Positions 51,185 through 62,267 are shown, counted from the stretch's first letter. The stretch is DNA of 64,000 nucleotides from an uncultured Nitrospiraceae bacterium (GCA_963811165.1 CAWEQH010000004.1:128001-192000), one strand, 5' to 3'. Notes: a model not told the origin generated them from the sequence alone. Translations and numbers: made by a program.

Positions 51185-53011
51185 ATGTGTGGAATAATCG
51201 GATATACCGGAAATAAAAACGCAGTGACGGTCATTCTCGATGGGCTCAAGAGGCTCGAATACCGTGGATACGATTCAGCGGGGATCGCCTTTTTTTCGAA
51301 GAAGGGTGTGGACGTGATCCGGTGTAAAGGGAAGATCAAAGAGCTGGCATCGATCGTTGAGAAGGGGAACCTTGCAAGCATGACCGCCATCGGGCATACC
51401 CGATGGGCAACGCATGGGAAACCATCAGAAGAAAACGCCCATCCCCACCGCTCAGATGGCATCGTTGTCGTGCATAACGGCATAATCGAGAATTATCTCA
51501 TCTTGAAAAAGAGACTTCTTCTTAAAGGATATAAATTCTATTCAGACACCGATACCGAGGTGCTCTGCCACCTTATCAGGGATTATGCAAACACCCTTCC
51601 GTTTGAAGAAGCGGTGAGGGCCGCATTGAGGGAAGTACGGGGTGCATACGCTCTGGCCGTGATCAACGAAAAGGAACCGGGCAAGGTCATCGGCGTCAGG
51701 AAGGACAGCCCTCTTGTGGTGGGGCTGGGTGACGGTGAATATTTCATCGCCTCCGACGTCCCGGCGTTCCTGAGTTATTCGAGGAACGTGATGTATTTAG
51801 ATGAGGAGGAAATGGTTGTCCTTACCAACGACGGGGTCCTTGTGACGAAACTTGACGGCACCCCTGTGCAAAAAGAGGTGCAGTCCATCACGATGAGCCC
51901 GTCCATGGCCGAAAAAGGAGGGTACAGGCATTTCATGCTCAAAGAGATTTTCGAGCAGCCCCGTGCCGTTGCAGATACTCTCAGGGGCAGGTTTTCGCTC
52001 GACAGCGGCGAGGTCAACCTCGATGAGTTCGGGATCCCCCGGAATATATTGAAAGATATAAAAAAGATCTTCATCGTGGCCTGCGGAACTTCATGGCATG
52101 CGGGACTTGTCGGCAAGTACATGTTCGAGGAACTCGCCAGAATGAGTGTAGAAGTCGACATCGCATCGGAATTCCGTTACCGCAAGCCCCTTGTCGGCCC
52201 CGGACATCTGCTTATCGTCATTTCCCAGTCGGGGGAGACTGCGGACACCCTCGCGGCGCAGAGGGAAGCAAAAAAGCTGGGCGCCACGGTACTGAGCATC
52301 TGTAATGTCGTAAACAGTACGTCTGCGCGAGAGGCTGATGCGGTTTTCTATACCCACTCCGGTCCCGAGATCGGGGTGGCATCGACGAAGGCTTTTCTGA
52401 CGCAGGTCTCGGCGATTTACCTGCTGGCGGTTGCGTATGGGCGCCTGTGCGGAACGCTCACCCCTGAGCATGGCAGGGAACTTCTCGAAGAACTCATCCT
52501 CATCCCCGGGAAGGTGGAAAAGGCACTTGCCGCCGACGAAGCGATCAGGTCGATTGCAAAGGACTATTTCAAGGCAAGAGGGTTTATCTTCCTGGGCAGA
52601 GGGATCAACTATCCGATCGCGCTTGAGGGCGCGCTCAAGCTGAAGGAGATATCCTATATCCATGCCGAGGGATATCCGGCCGGGGAAATGAAGCATGGTC
52701 CGATCGCGTTGATAGATGAAGAACTCCCGGTCGTGGTACTGGCCTGCCGGGACGGTCTTTTCGAAAAAATGGTGACGAGCATTCAGGAGGTCAACAGCAG
52801 GGGAGGAAAGGTCATCTCGATAGCGGCCGAGAGCGCGCGGGACGTCTGTGAAATTTCAAGAAGCTGCATCCTCGTGCCCGACACCAACAGGTTCCTGTCC
52901 ACGATGCTCTTTGCGGTCCCTCTTCAGTTGCTTGCATACCACATTGGAGTGCTCAGGGGATGCGATGTCGACCAGCCCAGGAACCTCGCCAAGAGCGTTA
53001 CGGTCGAATAA
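51185..53011 (+). CDS. glmS: Glutamine--fructose-6-phosphate transaminase
   Basis: MCGIIG, HTRWATHG, SQSGET and PRNLAKSVTVE motifs. Confidence 0.97.
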   Translation: MCGIIGYTGNKNAVTVILDGLKRLEYRGYDSAGIAFFSKKGVDVIRCKGKIKELASIVEKGNLASMTAIGHTRWATHGKPSEENAHPHRSDGIVVVHNGIIENYLILKKRLLLKGYKFYSDTDTEVLCHLIRDYANTLPFEEAVRAALREVRGAYALAVINEKEPGKVIGVRKDSPLVVGLGDGEYFIASDVPAFLSYSRNVMYLDEEEMVVLTNDGVLVTKLDGTPVQKEVQSITMSPSMAEKGGYRHFMLKEIFEQPRAVADTLRGRFSLDSGEVNLDEFGIPRNILKDIKKIFIVACGTSWHAGLVGKYMFEELARMSVEVDIASEFRYRKPLVGPGHLLIVISQSGETADTLAAQREAKKLGATVLSICNVVNSTSAREADAVFYTHSGPEIGVASTKAFLTQVSAIYLLAVAYGRLCGTLTPEHGRELLEELILIPGKVEKALAADEAIRSIAKDYFKARGFIFLGRGINYPIALEGALKLKEISYIHAEGYPAGEMKHGPIALIDEELPVVVLACRDGLFEKMVTSIQEVNSRGGKVISIAAESARDVCEISRSCILVPDTNRFLSTMLFAVPLQLLAYHIGVLRGCDVDQPRNLAKSVTVE

Positions 53012-53081
53012 TAAAGGGATTTCCGGATGCGCCGTAGATTTAAATTGGGGAAATCTGTTATCCTAATAATGCCTAGGACGA

Positions 53082-55196
53082 ATGATGTCTAAAGAGAATT
53101 TAATGCAAGACTTAAATCCACAGCAGAAAGAAGCCCTCAAACATATCGAAGGTCCATTGTTGGTATTGGCGGGGGCTGGCAGCGGTAAGACGAGGGTGAT
53201 CACCCATAAATACGCGCACTTCGTAAAAGCCCATAAAACCTTGCCCGAATCGATACTTACCGTCACCTTTACCAATAAGGCCGCAAACGAGATGAAGGAA
53301 AGGATCCATAATCTCCTTGGCAAGGAGCTAAAGCAGGCATGGATCGGGACGCTCCATTCGCAGTGCGGCAGGATACTGAGAAAAGAGATCAAATCTCTCG
53401 GTTACAGCCAGCAATTTTCCATATACGATGAGGACGACCGGTGCAGCCTTATACGCCATATACTTAAGGAGTTCAAGATCTACGAGGCACTCTATAAAGG
53501 GGTATCAACGAGGATCAACTTCCTGAAGGCCTCGCTTGTCGGACCCGAGGATTTCCTTTCTTCTGGCGACGGGTTCGGCTTTGACGAAAAACTGGCTAAG
53601 GTCTACGTAAGATACCAGGACGAACTCAAGCGCAGTAACGCACTTGATTTCGACGACCTGATCATGCTTACCGTCAGGCTTTTTAAGGAATATCCCGTTG
53701 TCCTCAAAAAGTACCAGTCGATGTTCCCCCATATTCTCGTCGATGAGTTCCAGGACCTCAACTACGCCCAGTACCAGTTGATCAGGACGCTCGCAAAGGC
53801 CCATATGAACATATGCGCGGTCGGCGACGACGACCAAAGCATTTATAAATTCCGGGGCGCCGACGTCCGCAATATATTGAATTTTGAAAAAGACTTCCCG
53901 GGGGCAAAGATCGTCAGGCTCGAGAGGAACTACCGTTCCACGCAGAACATACTCGATGTTTCGAATGCCGTGATCGCGATGAACCCGCACAGGAAAGAAA
54001 AGAAGCTCTGGACGGACAAGGGCAGGGGTGAAAAGGTCCACTTCTGCTGGCTCAACAACGAGGAGGAAGAGGCAAAGCACGTCGCAAAGATCATCAAGGA
54101 ACTCTACCTGAAAGAGGCCTTTTCCTTCAGAGATATCGCGATCCTTTACCGGGTCAACCTCCAGTCCAGGGCGATCGAGGACGGGTTGCGCGAGATGGGG
54201 CTGCCGTACCAGGTTATCGGGGGCATCAGTTTTTACCAAAGGAAAGAGATCAAAGACATTGTCTCTTATGCGCGGCTGGTGCTGAACCACGGGGACAACG
54301 TCAGTCTAAGGAGGATCATCAACTGTCCTTCACGGGGTATAGGGGCTGCGACGCTTTCGAAAATAGAAAATGAGGCAAAAAAGAAATCGGCCTGCCTTTA
54401 CGATACGCTTAAGGCGAGTATGCGCAACAACGGTATCGTTTCTGCCACGAAGGATAAGATAGGCAGTTTCGTCAGTCTTGTCGAAAAGCTGTCTTCGGCC
54501 TCTTTTGATTCGGCTTCAGACCTGTTGAAGGCGATCATCGATAAGTCCGGCTACTCGGCTGCCCTTGATGACGAGAGAAAGCAGAACCTCAATGAGCTGA
54601 TTTCCTCCGCCGAGGGAAAAGAGATCCGTGATTTTATCGACAGGGTCTCTTTGCTGACAAATGTCGATGAACCATCCGGTGAAAACCGTATATCTCTGAT
54701 GACGCTGCATAATGCAAAAGGACTTGAATTTCCCGTAGTGTTTGTGGCCGGTCTTGAAGAAGGCATCCTCCCTTATTTCAAGGCCAACGGAAATGAGGAC
54801 GAGATATCGGAGGAACGGAGACTCTTTTATGTGGGGATGACCCGCGCGAAGGACCTTCTTTTACTGACGGGCGCACGCAGGAGGAGGTTATATTCACGCA
54901 TACAGGACCAGGAGCCTTCCAGGTTCCTCAAAGACATGCCCAAGAGCTACTGCCAATGGATCGAGAAAGTGGCCGACCCCCATCCATTTCGCGGCAGGAC
55001 CGACAAGAAAAAGCCGGAGATAAAAAAAGTAAAGCCTCTCTTCTCCTCCGGGTGCAGGGTGAAACATCCGGTATGGGGAATAGGCGTAATACGCGACTGT
55101 TATGGCGACGGGGAAGAACAGAAGGTCATGGTCAACTTCCCGAATATCGGTCTGAAGAGACTCTCTCTGAAACTCGCTAACCTGACAAAGATATAA
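53082..55196 (+). CDS. pcrA: UvrD/PcrA DNA helicase
   Basis: AGAGSGKT, DEFQD, GDDDQSIY, KGLEFP and EERRLFYVG motifs; C-terminal Tudor-like domain. Confidence 0.93.
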   Translation: MMSKENLMQDLNPQQKEALKHIEGPLLVLAGAGSGKTRVITHKYAHFVKAHKTLPESILTVTFTNKAANEMKERIHNLLGKELKQAWIGTLHSQCGRILRKEIKSLGYSQQFSIYDEDDRCSLIRHILKEFKIYEALYKGVSTRINFLKASLVGPEDFLSSGDGFGFDEKLAKVYVRYQDELKRSNALDFDDLIMLTVRLFKEYPVVLKKYQSMFPHILVDEFQDLNYAQYQLIRTLAKAHMNICAVGDDDQSIYKFRGADVRNILNFEKDFPGAKIVRLERNYRSTQNILDVSNAVIAMNPHRKEKKLWTDKGRGEKVHFCWLNNEEEEAKHVAKIIKELYLKEAFSFRDIAILYRVNLQSRAIEDGLREMGLPYQVIGGISFYQRKEIKDIVSYARLVLNHGDNVSLRRIINCPSRGIGAATLSKIENEAKKKSACLYDTLKASMRNNGIVSATKDKIGSFVSLVEKLSSASFDSASDLLKAIIDKSGYSAALDDERKQNLNELISSAEGKEIRDFIDRVSLLTNVDEPSGENRISLMTLHNAKGLEFPVVFVAGLEEGILPYFKANGNEDEISEERRLFYVGMTRAKDLLLLTGARRRRLYSRIQDQEPSRFLKDMPKSYCQWIEKVADPHPFRGRTDKKKPEIKKVKPLFSSGCRVKHPVWGIGVIRDCYGDGEEQKVMVNFPNIGLKRLSLKLANLTKI

Positions 55197-55204
55197 GGCC
55201 CTGC

Positions 55205-55483
55205 ATGAAGATCTCGATCGAGCATATCGCAACCCTCGCACGGCTGTCGCTTTCCGAGCAGGAAAAGGAACTTTTTGGCGGTCAGCTGGAGGGTATCCTC
55301 CGGTATATGGATAAGCTCAATGAGCTCGATACGAAAGACATAGGACCTACGTCCCACGTCCTCGACATACACAACGTTACCAGGGACGACGTCCCTGCCC
55401 CTTCCCTCGGCAGGGAAGACGCCCTGTCGAACGCTCCCGACAAGACCGAGAAATTTTACCGGGTCCCGAAGATCATCGAATGA
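55205..55483 (+). CDS. gatC: Asp/Glu-tRNA amidotransferase subunit C
   Basis: HIATLARL, PTSH, REDALSNAP and YRVPKI motifs. Confidence 0.94.
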   Translation: MKISIEHIATLARLSLSEQEKELFGGQLEGILRYMDKLNELDTKDIGPTSHVLDIHNVTRDDVPAPSLGREDALSNAPDKTEKFYRVPKIIE

Positions 55484-55491
55484 TACACTGC

Positions 55492-55598
55492 GCGGAAGTC
55501 CGGAAGTCGGGAAATTCAGAAGTATTACCCCTCACGGCCTCCCCTTGCCAAGGAGAGGAAAAAGGTGGAGTTGGTTTTCACTTTTCACTCTTTACTAT
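55492..55598. repeat. Short 7-8-nt tandem repeats flanking a REP-like hairpin
   Basis: cggaagt-like units, then cccctcacggcctccccttgccaaggagagg...ggtggag, then ttttcac-like units. Confidence 0.45.
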
Positions 55599-55619
55599 CC
55601 GCGATTCACGAGGGATTAT

Positions 55620-55979
55620 ATGCTGAGGTGCATGCTCAGGGCCAAGATCCACATGGCGACCGTTACCGAATCGAACCTCGAATATGAGGGCAGTATCACA
55701 ATCGATGAGGACATCCTGAAGAAGACGGGGATACTTCCTTACGAACAGGTGATGATCAGCAACGTAAACAACGGGGAACGGTTCGAGACTTATGTGATCC
55801 CGGGCAGGCGGGGTTCCGGGGATATATGTCTTAACGGCCCTACCGCGAGGAAGGGTGTCGTAGGGGACAAGGTCATTATATTTTGCTACGCGTATCTCTC
55901 GGACGACAGGATAAAAAGATTCAGCCCCAGGATAGTCAAACTCGACTCAAAGAACAAGATAGCGGGAAAGGCCAGATAG
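55620..55979 (+). CDS. panD: Aspartate 1-decarboxylase
   Basis: AKIH, YEGSITID, NGERFETY and CLNG motifs. Confidence 0.95.
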   Translation: MLRCMLRAKIHMATVTESNLEYEGSITIDEDILKKTGILPYEQVMISNVNNGERFETYVIPGRRGSGDICLNGPTARKGVVGDKVIIFCYAYLSDDRIKRFSPRIVKLDSKNKIAGKAR

Positions 55980-56113
55980 ACGGCCTTTATCTGCCTCGTG
56001 TTTTCTCCAATTTCTTCCAGTAAGAGACTTCTGTGTTAATCCGCTAGCGGTACCATTGGTTGACCGGCCTGGTTGAGAAATTCCCTCTTTCGTGCTATTC
56101 TTCCAACGTGCGA

Positions 56114-57016
56114 ATGAAAAGCAGTTATCGGTATACGTCGTTCATAAAAAGGATCGGGGTTTTTTCCCTGATCCTGGTTGCGGCATCACTTACCGGCTGC
56201 ATCACCTTTCTGACCCAAATCAGGGTCAGGGGCGACGGCAGCGGGACGATGGTGCAGACGATGACCATGAACCCGGAACAGATAAAGGCGTCGATGGAAG
56301 GAATGGCCAAGCAGATGGGCGCGGCAACGACCGAACCGAAAGAGGAGTCGAAAAATAAGCCGGAGAAGGCCCCGGATGAGGGCCCGATCAAGGAAAGTGA
56401 CCTTAAGGGAAGGGCCCCGGATATGGGTCAGGGCGTAACGTTCGTGTCGGCGGAGAAGATCGACACGAAGACTGCAGTCGGCGTCCGCGTGACCTACGCC
56501 TTCAAGGACATCAATCAGTTGGCCGTCAACCCCAAGCCTGCGGCGGCCATGGGAACAGAGGGCGCCGGGGCTTCCTCGGAGGACGCCCTTAAGTTCCGGT
56601 TCAACCGCACGCCAAACGGTAACGCGGTTCTTACGGTAGTTTTTCCCAAGCCCAAGCCGGATGCGGCAAAGGAAGAAGCCGCTACGCCGCCGACGACGGC
56701 ATCTCCGGAGGGACCGGCCAAGGATATGTCAATGATGGTAATGCAGATGTTTAAAGGTCTCCATATGGGCATGGCCATCGATGTCGAAGGTAAAGTCATA
56801 AAGACAAATAGTCCGTATGTCGAAGGATCGAAGGTCACGCTTATGGACATCGACTTCGATCCGCTTCTTTCGGACGAGAAGGGCATCAAGGCCTTAAGCG
56901 AAAAGATGGAAAAGACTATGGGAGATGACCGAAAGACAATGGAGGCCCTGAAGGGAATCAAGGGCCTGAAGATCACTACAGAGCCGGAAATTACGATCGA
57001 GTTCGCCCCAAAATAA
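56114..57016 (+). CDS. Hypothetical lipoprotein
   Basis: Lipobox SLTGC after a hydrophobic stretch; DGSG motif. Confidence 0.75.
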   Translation: MKSSYRYTSFIKRIGVFSLILVAASLTGCITFLTQIRVRGDGSGTMVQTMTMNPEQIKASMEGMAKQMGAATTEPKEESKNKPEKAPDEGPIKESDLKGRAPDMGQGVTFVSAEKIDTKTAVGVRVTYAFKDINQLAVNPKPAAAMGTEGAGASSEDALKFRFNRTPNGNAVLTVVFPKPKPDAAKEEAATPPTTASPEGPAKDMSMMVMQMFKGLHMGMAIDVEGKVIKTNSPYVEGSKVTLMDIDFDPLLSDEKGIKALSEKMEKTMGDDRKTMEALKGIKGLKITTEPEITIEFAPK

Positions 57017-57163
57017 GAGACCCCGGCCTCCTTGATCGTTGAGGCTGAGGTTTATAGCTCGCTTTTTTTATGCATGCTTGATCCGCTAATTCTTGATTTT
57101 TGCAATTGATCACCGGAGGGCCGGAATAGGTCACGACTTATGATGCGTATGCGGACCCCGTCG

Positions 57164-57904
57164 CTATAATTCAATACGAACGGCTTCGGCCTCGCGAATA
57201 AGATCCGGCCAGATCTTCTCGGGGGGCTTCTTAAATATTGTCTCGGCATCCGCCCCTACGACCTCCCAGTCCCCTCTCCACATCTCCTGTTGGAGTTGTC
57301 CGTCGATCCATCCCGCATAACCGGCATAAGCGCGAAATTTCGCTTCCCCGTCAGGATTCTTAATAAGCTTCTCAAGGACGGTCTTGCTCGCACTCACATA
57401 TACGTCATCGAATATCCACTGGGACCCTTCAGACTTATTCTGTAAACGTATGAGAAGAAGCACCTGGTTCATGCCGACCGGCCCCCCGATATAGATGAAA
57501 TGCTCATCCCCTTTTCGCTCCTTAATCTCCGGGAAAAAGTCAGAAAGTCTCACCGTGGTCGGCCGGTTGACAATCAGGCCTACCGTGCCGTTTATATCGT
57601 GTTGGATCAATACTATGACGGTTTCCTTGAATCTTGGATCCCTTATCTGTCTGCTTGCAACGAGGAACTTGCCCTTTGATAACCTGCCGTTTAACTGACT
57701 ATTCCCCAGCGAAATGAGACTGCGAGAGGCCGGCAAAGACAGGAAGGCGGCATGGCCTGCCTGATGGGATGGGGGCACCGCCTTTTCCCATGTGACGGTC
57801 CTTGCACTCTCGCTCTTCCACGGGGGCGTGCCCCCTGTTTCAGTACCCCAGCACAAAAAAAAGGCAAACAGAAATAGTAAAAAATAACTCTTAGGAAGTA
57901 TCAT
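57164..57904 (-). CDS. YqgE/AlgH (DUF179) family protein with N-terminal extension
   Basis: DPRF.ETV, GLIVNRP, GGPV and AGYAGW..GQL motifs. Confidence 0.88.
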   Translation of the reverse strand: MILPKSYFLLFLFAFFLCWGTETGGTPPWKSESARTVTWEKAVPPSHQAGHAAFLSLPASRSLISLGNSQLNGRLSKGKFLVASRQIRDPRFKETVIVLIQHDINGTVGLIVNRPTTVRLSDFFPEIKERKGDEHFIYIGGPVGMNQVLLLIRLQNKSEGSQWIFDDVYVSASKTVLEKLIKNPDGEAKFRAYAGYAGWIDGQLQQEMWRGDWEVVGADAETIFKKPPEKIWPDLIREAEAVRIEL

Positions 57905-58197
57905 TTTTTCAACCTCTATCGATACCAGTATAACAGGGTTGAGGGATATGAACTAGTGCAAGTAAGAACCGTTTGACAAGGTACGGGAAGTGAGATTAGG
58001 CTTATACGCATACGAGGGACTTCCATGGTAAATATACCTTCCGTTTACCGTGGCCGACTCCTTTATCCCAAGTATGAGTATCACGGTGATGATCTGTTCA
58101 CACGTATTTCAACTCTATCTCTGATGGCCTTAATGCGCAAGTGTTTGCCGAAAAAAAAGAGACGATTATGCGGCTGCAGCAGAATAGGGCGGTATGA

Positions 58198-58812
58198 CTA
58201 TGAGGATTTCTTTACAAATTCTCCGAAACCGGCAAGGACCTTCAATCCAAGTCCCTGGCTCTTTTCGGGATGGAACTGCGTTGCAAAGACATTGTCCTTC
58301 CATATCATCGAAGTAAAAGAAACACCGTAGTCGGTCGTTGCGGCGATAATGTCTTGGTCATCAGGCACCACGTAATAAGAGTGGACAAAATAAAAGAATG
58401 CTTCATTGGGGACCGCCGAAAGTATAGGGGGCTTCTTTACGATCCTTACGTTGTTCCAGCCCATATGCGGGACCTTCTCTTTGATCTGGAACCTTACCAC
58501 TTTTCCTCTGAAGATATCGAGACCTCTACATCTGCCGAACTCCTCTGATTCGCTGAAGAGTACCTGAAGGCCAAGACAGATCCCGAGATAGGGTTTGCCT
58601 TTTTGTATCGCCTCCGCGATTGCGCCGGTCAAAGAAAGGTCCGTAAGATTTCTTATACAGTCTCTAAATGCCCCGACGCCCGGGAGAACGACTGCCCGGG
58701 CGTTTTCGACATCTTGAGGACTTGAGGTCACCTTTGCGTTGACGCCGACCTTCTTAAAGCCCTTCTCGACGGACCTCAAATTTCCCATCCCGTAATCAAC
58801 GATAGCGATCAT
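58198..58812 (-). CDS. hisH: Imidazole glycerol phosphate synthase glutaminase subunit
   Basis: DYGMGNL, LPGVG, GICLG, VPHMGWN, FVHSY and QFHPEKS motifs. Confidence 0.96.
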   Translation of the reverse strand: MIAIVDYGMGNLRSVEKGFKKVGVNAKVTSSPQDVENARAVVLPGVGAFRDCIRNLTDLSLTGAIAEAIQKGKPYLGICLGLQVLFSESEEFGRCRGLDIFRGKVVRFQIKEKVPHMGWNNVRIVKKPPILSAVPNEAFFYFVHSYYVVPDDQDIIAATTDYGVSFTSMIWKDNVFATQFHPEKSQGLGLKVLAGFGEFVKKSS

Positions 58813-59107
58813 GTCTTTTAAATTACTTTCCCGCAGGCGTAATTGTCAAATTTCTCGCAGGGCCGACGCCGACCGTGTAAAGCACGTTCACATTAAGCCA
58901 AATTCCCTCTGCCGACCGAAGCTCGGAAGATCAACGTCCAAAACATGCCAGAATCCCCTCTCAGCGGCAATAGCAGAAGCCCAAGTTTTCATACCATTGG
59001 TCCAGAGGTCCTCGGGTCTTGTCACACCTCGCAAGAATCCCGTTCAATACAGGCAAGTTCGCTTCCTTCAGCAGATTTATGAATAATCCCGGGTTGGACC
59101 TCTGCCT

Positions 59108-59136
59108 TGACAGTCAACACAATATGGCTGACAATG
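59108..59136 (+). promoter_or_regulatory. Putative sigma70 promoter upstream of the Pat gene
   Basis: TTGACA-17 nt-GACAAT, overlapping palindrome TTGACAGTCAA. Confidence 0.4.
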
Positions 59137-59372
59137 TAATTGTGAGTGCAAGATATCGCTATCCATGTCTTAGCCTTAGGCAGATGCTATGAACAGCTAT
59201 GAACCGGCACCATGACAGCACTCTTTACCGGCTGGATTTCTTTCTTATCTGCGTCGCGAGCAACACTTTGACTGCTGTCTTGCGCCAGAGAGAAACGGAA
59301 TGTTTCTGTTGTTACGCTCTGTCTGAGCCGGCTATTTACCGTAGCCGAAGCGTGCAATAATGAGGTTGCGAC

Positions 59373-62051
59373 ATGTCTATTAAAAATCTCGACGTGTTTT
59401 TCAACCCCCATCGGATAGCTGTCATTGGAGCGAGCGACGACACGCGGTCTCTGGGGTACTATGCCTTCAGGAATCTTGTGGGAAAAGGGTTTCCCGGGGT
59501 TGTCTTTCCTGTGAATCAACACCGGGAGGCTGTGCAGGGCGTCGAGGCGTATAAGACGATCACCGCAATACCTCACCAGATCGACCTGGCCATCGTCGCA
59601 TCTTCTGCCGCTGAGCTTTACACAGCGCTAGATGAGTGCGGGCAGAAGGACGTCAAAGGTGTCATCATCCCTGCGCCGCACTTTGAACGCGCCGGCGCCG
59701 ACTCTGAAGAGCTTGAAAGCCAGATCAGGAGGCTCTCGAACATCTATGGCTTCAGGGTCATGGGTCCCAACTCCTTCGGCTTTCTGCGACCGTCGAAAAA
59801 CCTTAATGCGAGCCTTTTCCCCCATATTCCCCGGAAGGGGAACATCGCCTTCATCTCCCATAGCGGCATCTTCTCTTCCGCCTTTTTGGAGAGGGCGATA
59901 AGCAAACAAATGGGGTTCAGTCATTTCATCTCGGTGGGAGGAAAGCTGGATATCGACTTTGCCGATCTGATCGACTACCTGGGGATCGACCCCGAAACAC
60001 GAGCGATCATCCTGTATGTCCAGAATATCAATAACGGAAGAAAGTTCATGACTGCGGTCAGAAGCTTCTCAAGCAGCAAGCCGATAGTGGTGGTGAGGTC
60101 CGGACGGGCTGAGGTTTCAGGGCGGATGTTCCTGACCCATTCCGGTGCGCTCGCAGGGGAAGACAAGGTCTATGAGGCGGCATTCAGGAGGGCCGGCGCG
60201 GTGCGCGTGTACGAGATGCTCGATCTTTTCTATATTACTGAGACACTCGCAAAACAGCACCGTCCACGGGGGAAGAAGTTGGCGATTATCACCAATTCCC
60301 TGGGGCCGGCTTCCATGGCGGTAGACGCCCTCGTCCTGATGGAGGGGGAACTGGCAGCGCTGGGGAAAGAAGTCCTGGATGAAATCGAGGAACACCTAAC
60401 CCTCAGAAGGAGGGTCAATAATCCTGTCTGCCTTCTGCCGGATGCCTCGCCCGAAGACTTCGAACTGGCGGTGAGAAGCTGTTTGAAGGACAATGGGGTC
60501 GACGGTATTTTGGTGGTCTATGTCCCTTTTCCCTGCTTTGATCCGAGGGACGTAGCCGCTGCCGTGGTAAAGGTTGCGAAGTCGGATCCCGAGGTCCCTT
60601 TGTTTACGACATGGCTGGGAGACGAACAGGTGCTTCGGGCCCGCGAATTTTTCAGCAGCAACGAGATACCCACCTTTGTAACTCCCGAGCAGGCGGTAAG
60701 GAGTTTCCTTTATATGTACCGGTATGACTTTAACCTTACACTGTTGCACGAAACTCCCGAGGCGATCCTCAAGGACTTTGTCCCCCATATCGATAGGGTG
60801 GGGAAGATCATCAGGAATGCGTCGGAGACCCGCAGGGGCACCCTCCGCCTGGACGAAGCAAAGGAAATCTTCGAGGTATACGGCATTCCCATGGTTGAGA
60901 CGGTGAGGGCGGTCCATGAAGATGATGCTGTCCGGCTGTCGGAAAAGATGGGCTATCCGGTGGTCCTCAAAATTGATTCTGAGAAGATCTTTCACAAGCT
61001 TGAAAAAGGGGGCGTCGTTCTGAACCTCAGGGATGAGAAGTCGGTCAGGGAGGCGTTCCGGGCACTGAAGATTATAGCCTCCAAGATGGGAGATACCGAG
61101 GCAGGCGTGGTCATTCAACCGATGGTATTAAAGAAGGGGTACGAACTGGTGATCGGCGCAAAAAAGGACCCCAGTTTCGGAGCCGTCATCGTCTTCGGAA
61201 CAGGAGGTGAACTTCTCGATGCGATAAAGGATTATTCTATCGGCCTTCCTCCCCTGAATCAGGCCCTGGCGAGACGGATGATGGAGGAGACAAAGATATA
61301 CCAGTATCTGCAAAGTCTCCCTGCCTATCAGGGAGTTCTGCGGCTTCTTGAAGAGATACTGGTCAGGTTTTCCCAGTTGATCGTCGATTTTCATCACATC
61401 CGCGAGGTTGAGATCAACCCCTTCGTCCTCTCCGACAAATACTGTATTGCCCTGGACGGCGGGATCCTGCTTGAAGAGGAGGCCTTGACCAACAATCGCA
61501 GAGTCACGGGCGACCTCTGCCCTCCGCATCTGTCGATCTGCCCGTATCCCTTCAAATATGTCGTGGAAAGAACGCTTGGCGACGGGACCGTCTGTAACGT
61601 CAGGCCGATACGCGGCGAGGACGAGCCGCTCATCTATGAGTTTTTAAAGACCCTCTCAACTGAGACCATCGTATACCGGTTTTGCCATCTGCTTACCTAT
61701 TTGCCCCATGAGAAGCTTGTCAGATACTGCCAGGTGGACTATGATCGCGAACTCGCTTTTGTGGCCCAGAAAGAAGATGAGAAAAACATTATCGGGGATG
61801 TCAGAATCAGCAAGCTCCCCGACCTGGAGAATGCCGAGGTGTCGATTCTGGTCGCCGACGAGTGGCAGGGAAGAGGGGTGGGAAGCATGCTGATGGATTA
61901 CTGCATAGATATCGCGAAGGAGGCCGGCCTGACGACACTCTGGATGGAGATACTCAAAAACAATCTCCGCATGTTGGCCCTTGCCCGAAAATATGACTTT
62001 AAACAGGCCTATGACGACGAAGACATGGTGCGTGTGGTCCTTAAGCTATAG
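59373..62051 (+). CDS. Pat/PatZ-type protein: acetate-CoA ligase-like and ATP-grasp domains plus C-terminal GNAT
   Basis: IAVIGAS, GPNSFG, HSGALAG, GYPVVLK, DPSFG, EINP and WQGRGVG motifs. Confidence 0.9.
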   Translation: MSIKNLDVFFNPHRIAVIGASDDTRSLGYYAFRNLVGKGFPGVVFPVNQHREAVQGVEAYKTITAIPHQIDLAIVASSAAELYTALDECGQKDVKGVIIPAPHFERAGADSEELESQIRRLSNIYGFRVMGPNSFGFLRPSKNLNASLFPHIPRKGNIAFISHSGIFSSAFLERAISKQMGFSHFISVGGKLDIDFADLIDYLGIDPETRAIILYVQNINNGRKFMTAVRSFSSSKPIVVVRSGRAEVSGRMFLTHSGALAGEDKVYEAAFRRAGAVRVYEMLDLFYITETLAKQHRPRGKKLAIITNSLGPASMAVDALVLMEGELAALGKEVLDEIEEHLTLRRRVNNPVCLLPDASPEDFELAVRSCLKDNGVDGILVVYVPFPCFDPRDVAAAVVKVAKSDPEVPLFTTWLGDEQVLRAREFFSSNEIPTFVTPEQAVRSFLYMYRYDFNLTLLHETPEAILKDFVPHIDRVGKIIRNASETRRGTLRLDEAKEIFEVYGIPMVETVRAVHEDDAVRLSEKMGYPVVLKIDSEKIFHKLEKGGVVLNLRDEKSVREAFRALKIIASKMGDTEAGVVIQPMVLKKGYELVIGAKKDPSFGAVIVFGTGGELLDAIKDYSIGLPPLNQALARRMMEETKIYQYLQSLPAYQGVLRLLEEILVRFSQLIVDFHHIREVEINPFVLSDKYCIALDGGILLEEEALTNNRRVTGDLCPPHLSICPYPFKYVVERTLGDGTVCNVRPIRGEDEPLIYEFLKTLSTETIVYRFCHLLTYLPHEKLVRYCQVDYDRELAFVAQKEDEKNIIGDVRISKLPDLENAEVSILVADEWQGRGVGSMLMDYCIDIAKEAGLTTLWMEILKNNLRMLALARKYDFKQAYDDEDMVRVVLKL

Positions 62052-62267
62052 AAGACGCAGCAGCTATTTTCCGCCTGCAGCCGGTTCGCCGCCGCCCCTG
62101 TGTGGTTGTTTCGATCGTTCTCCCGCGGTGAACAGTCACCAGTGGGGAGAAATTGGCCGATTGATTATAATAAAACCTCCTACTTTACTATTCTCTACAA
62201 TCGTCATATCGTAAATTCTCATACTTAAGAAACCGCCGAAGTCTCAATCTCCTCGCTTTCTAAGTCA

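Noticed and set aside
57973..58330. Plus-strand promoter-like box and 101-aa ORF
   Set aside because: The ORF overlaps hisH antisense and matches no family; evidence insufficient
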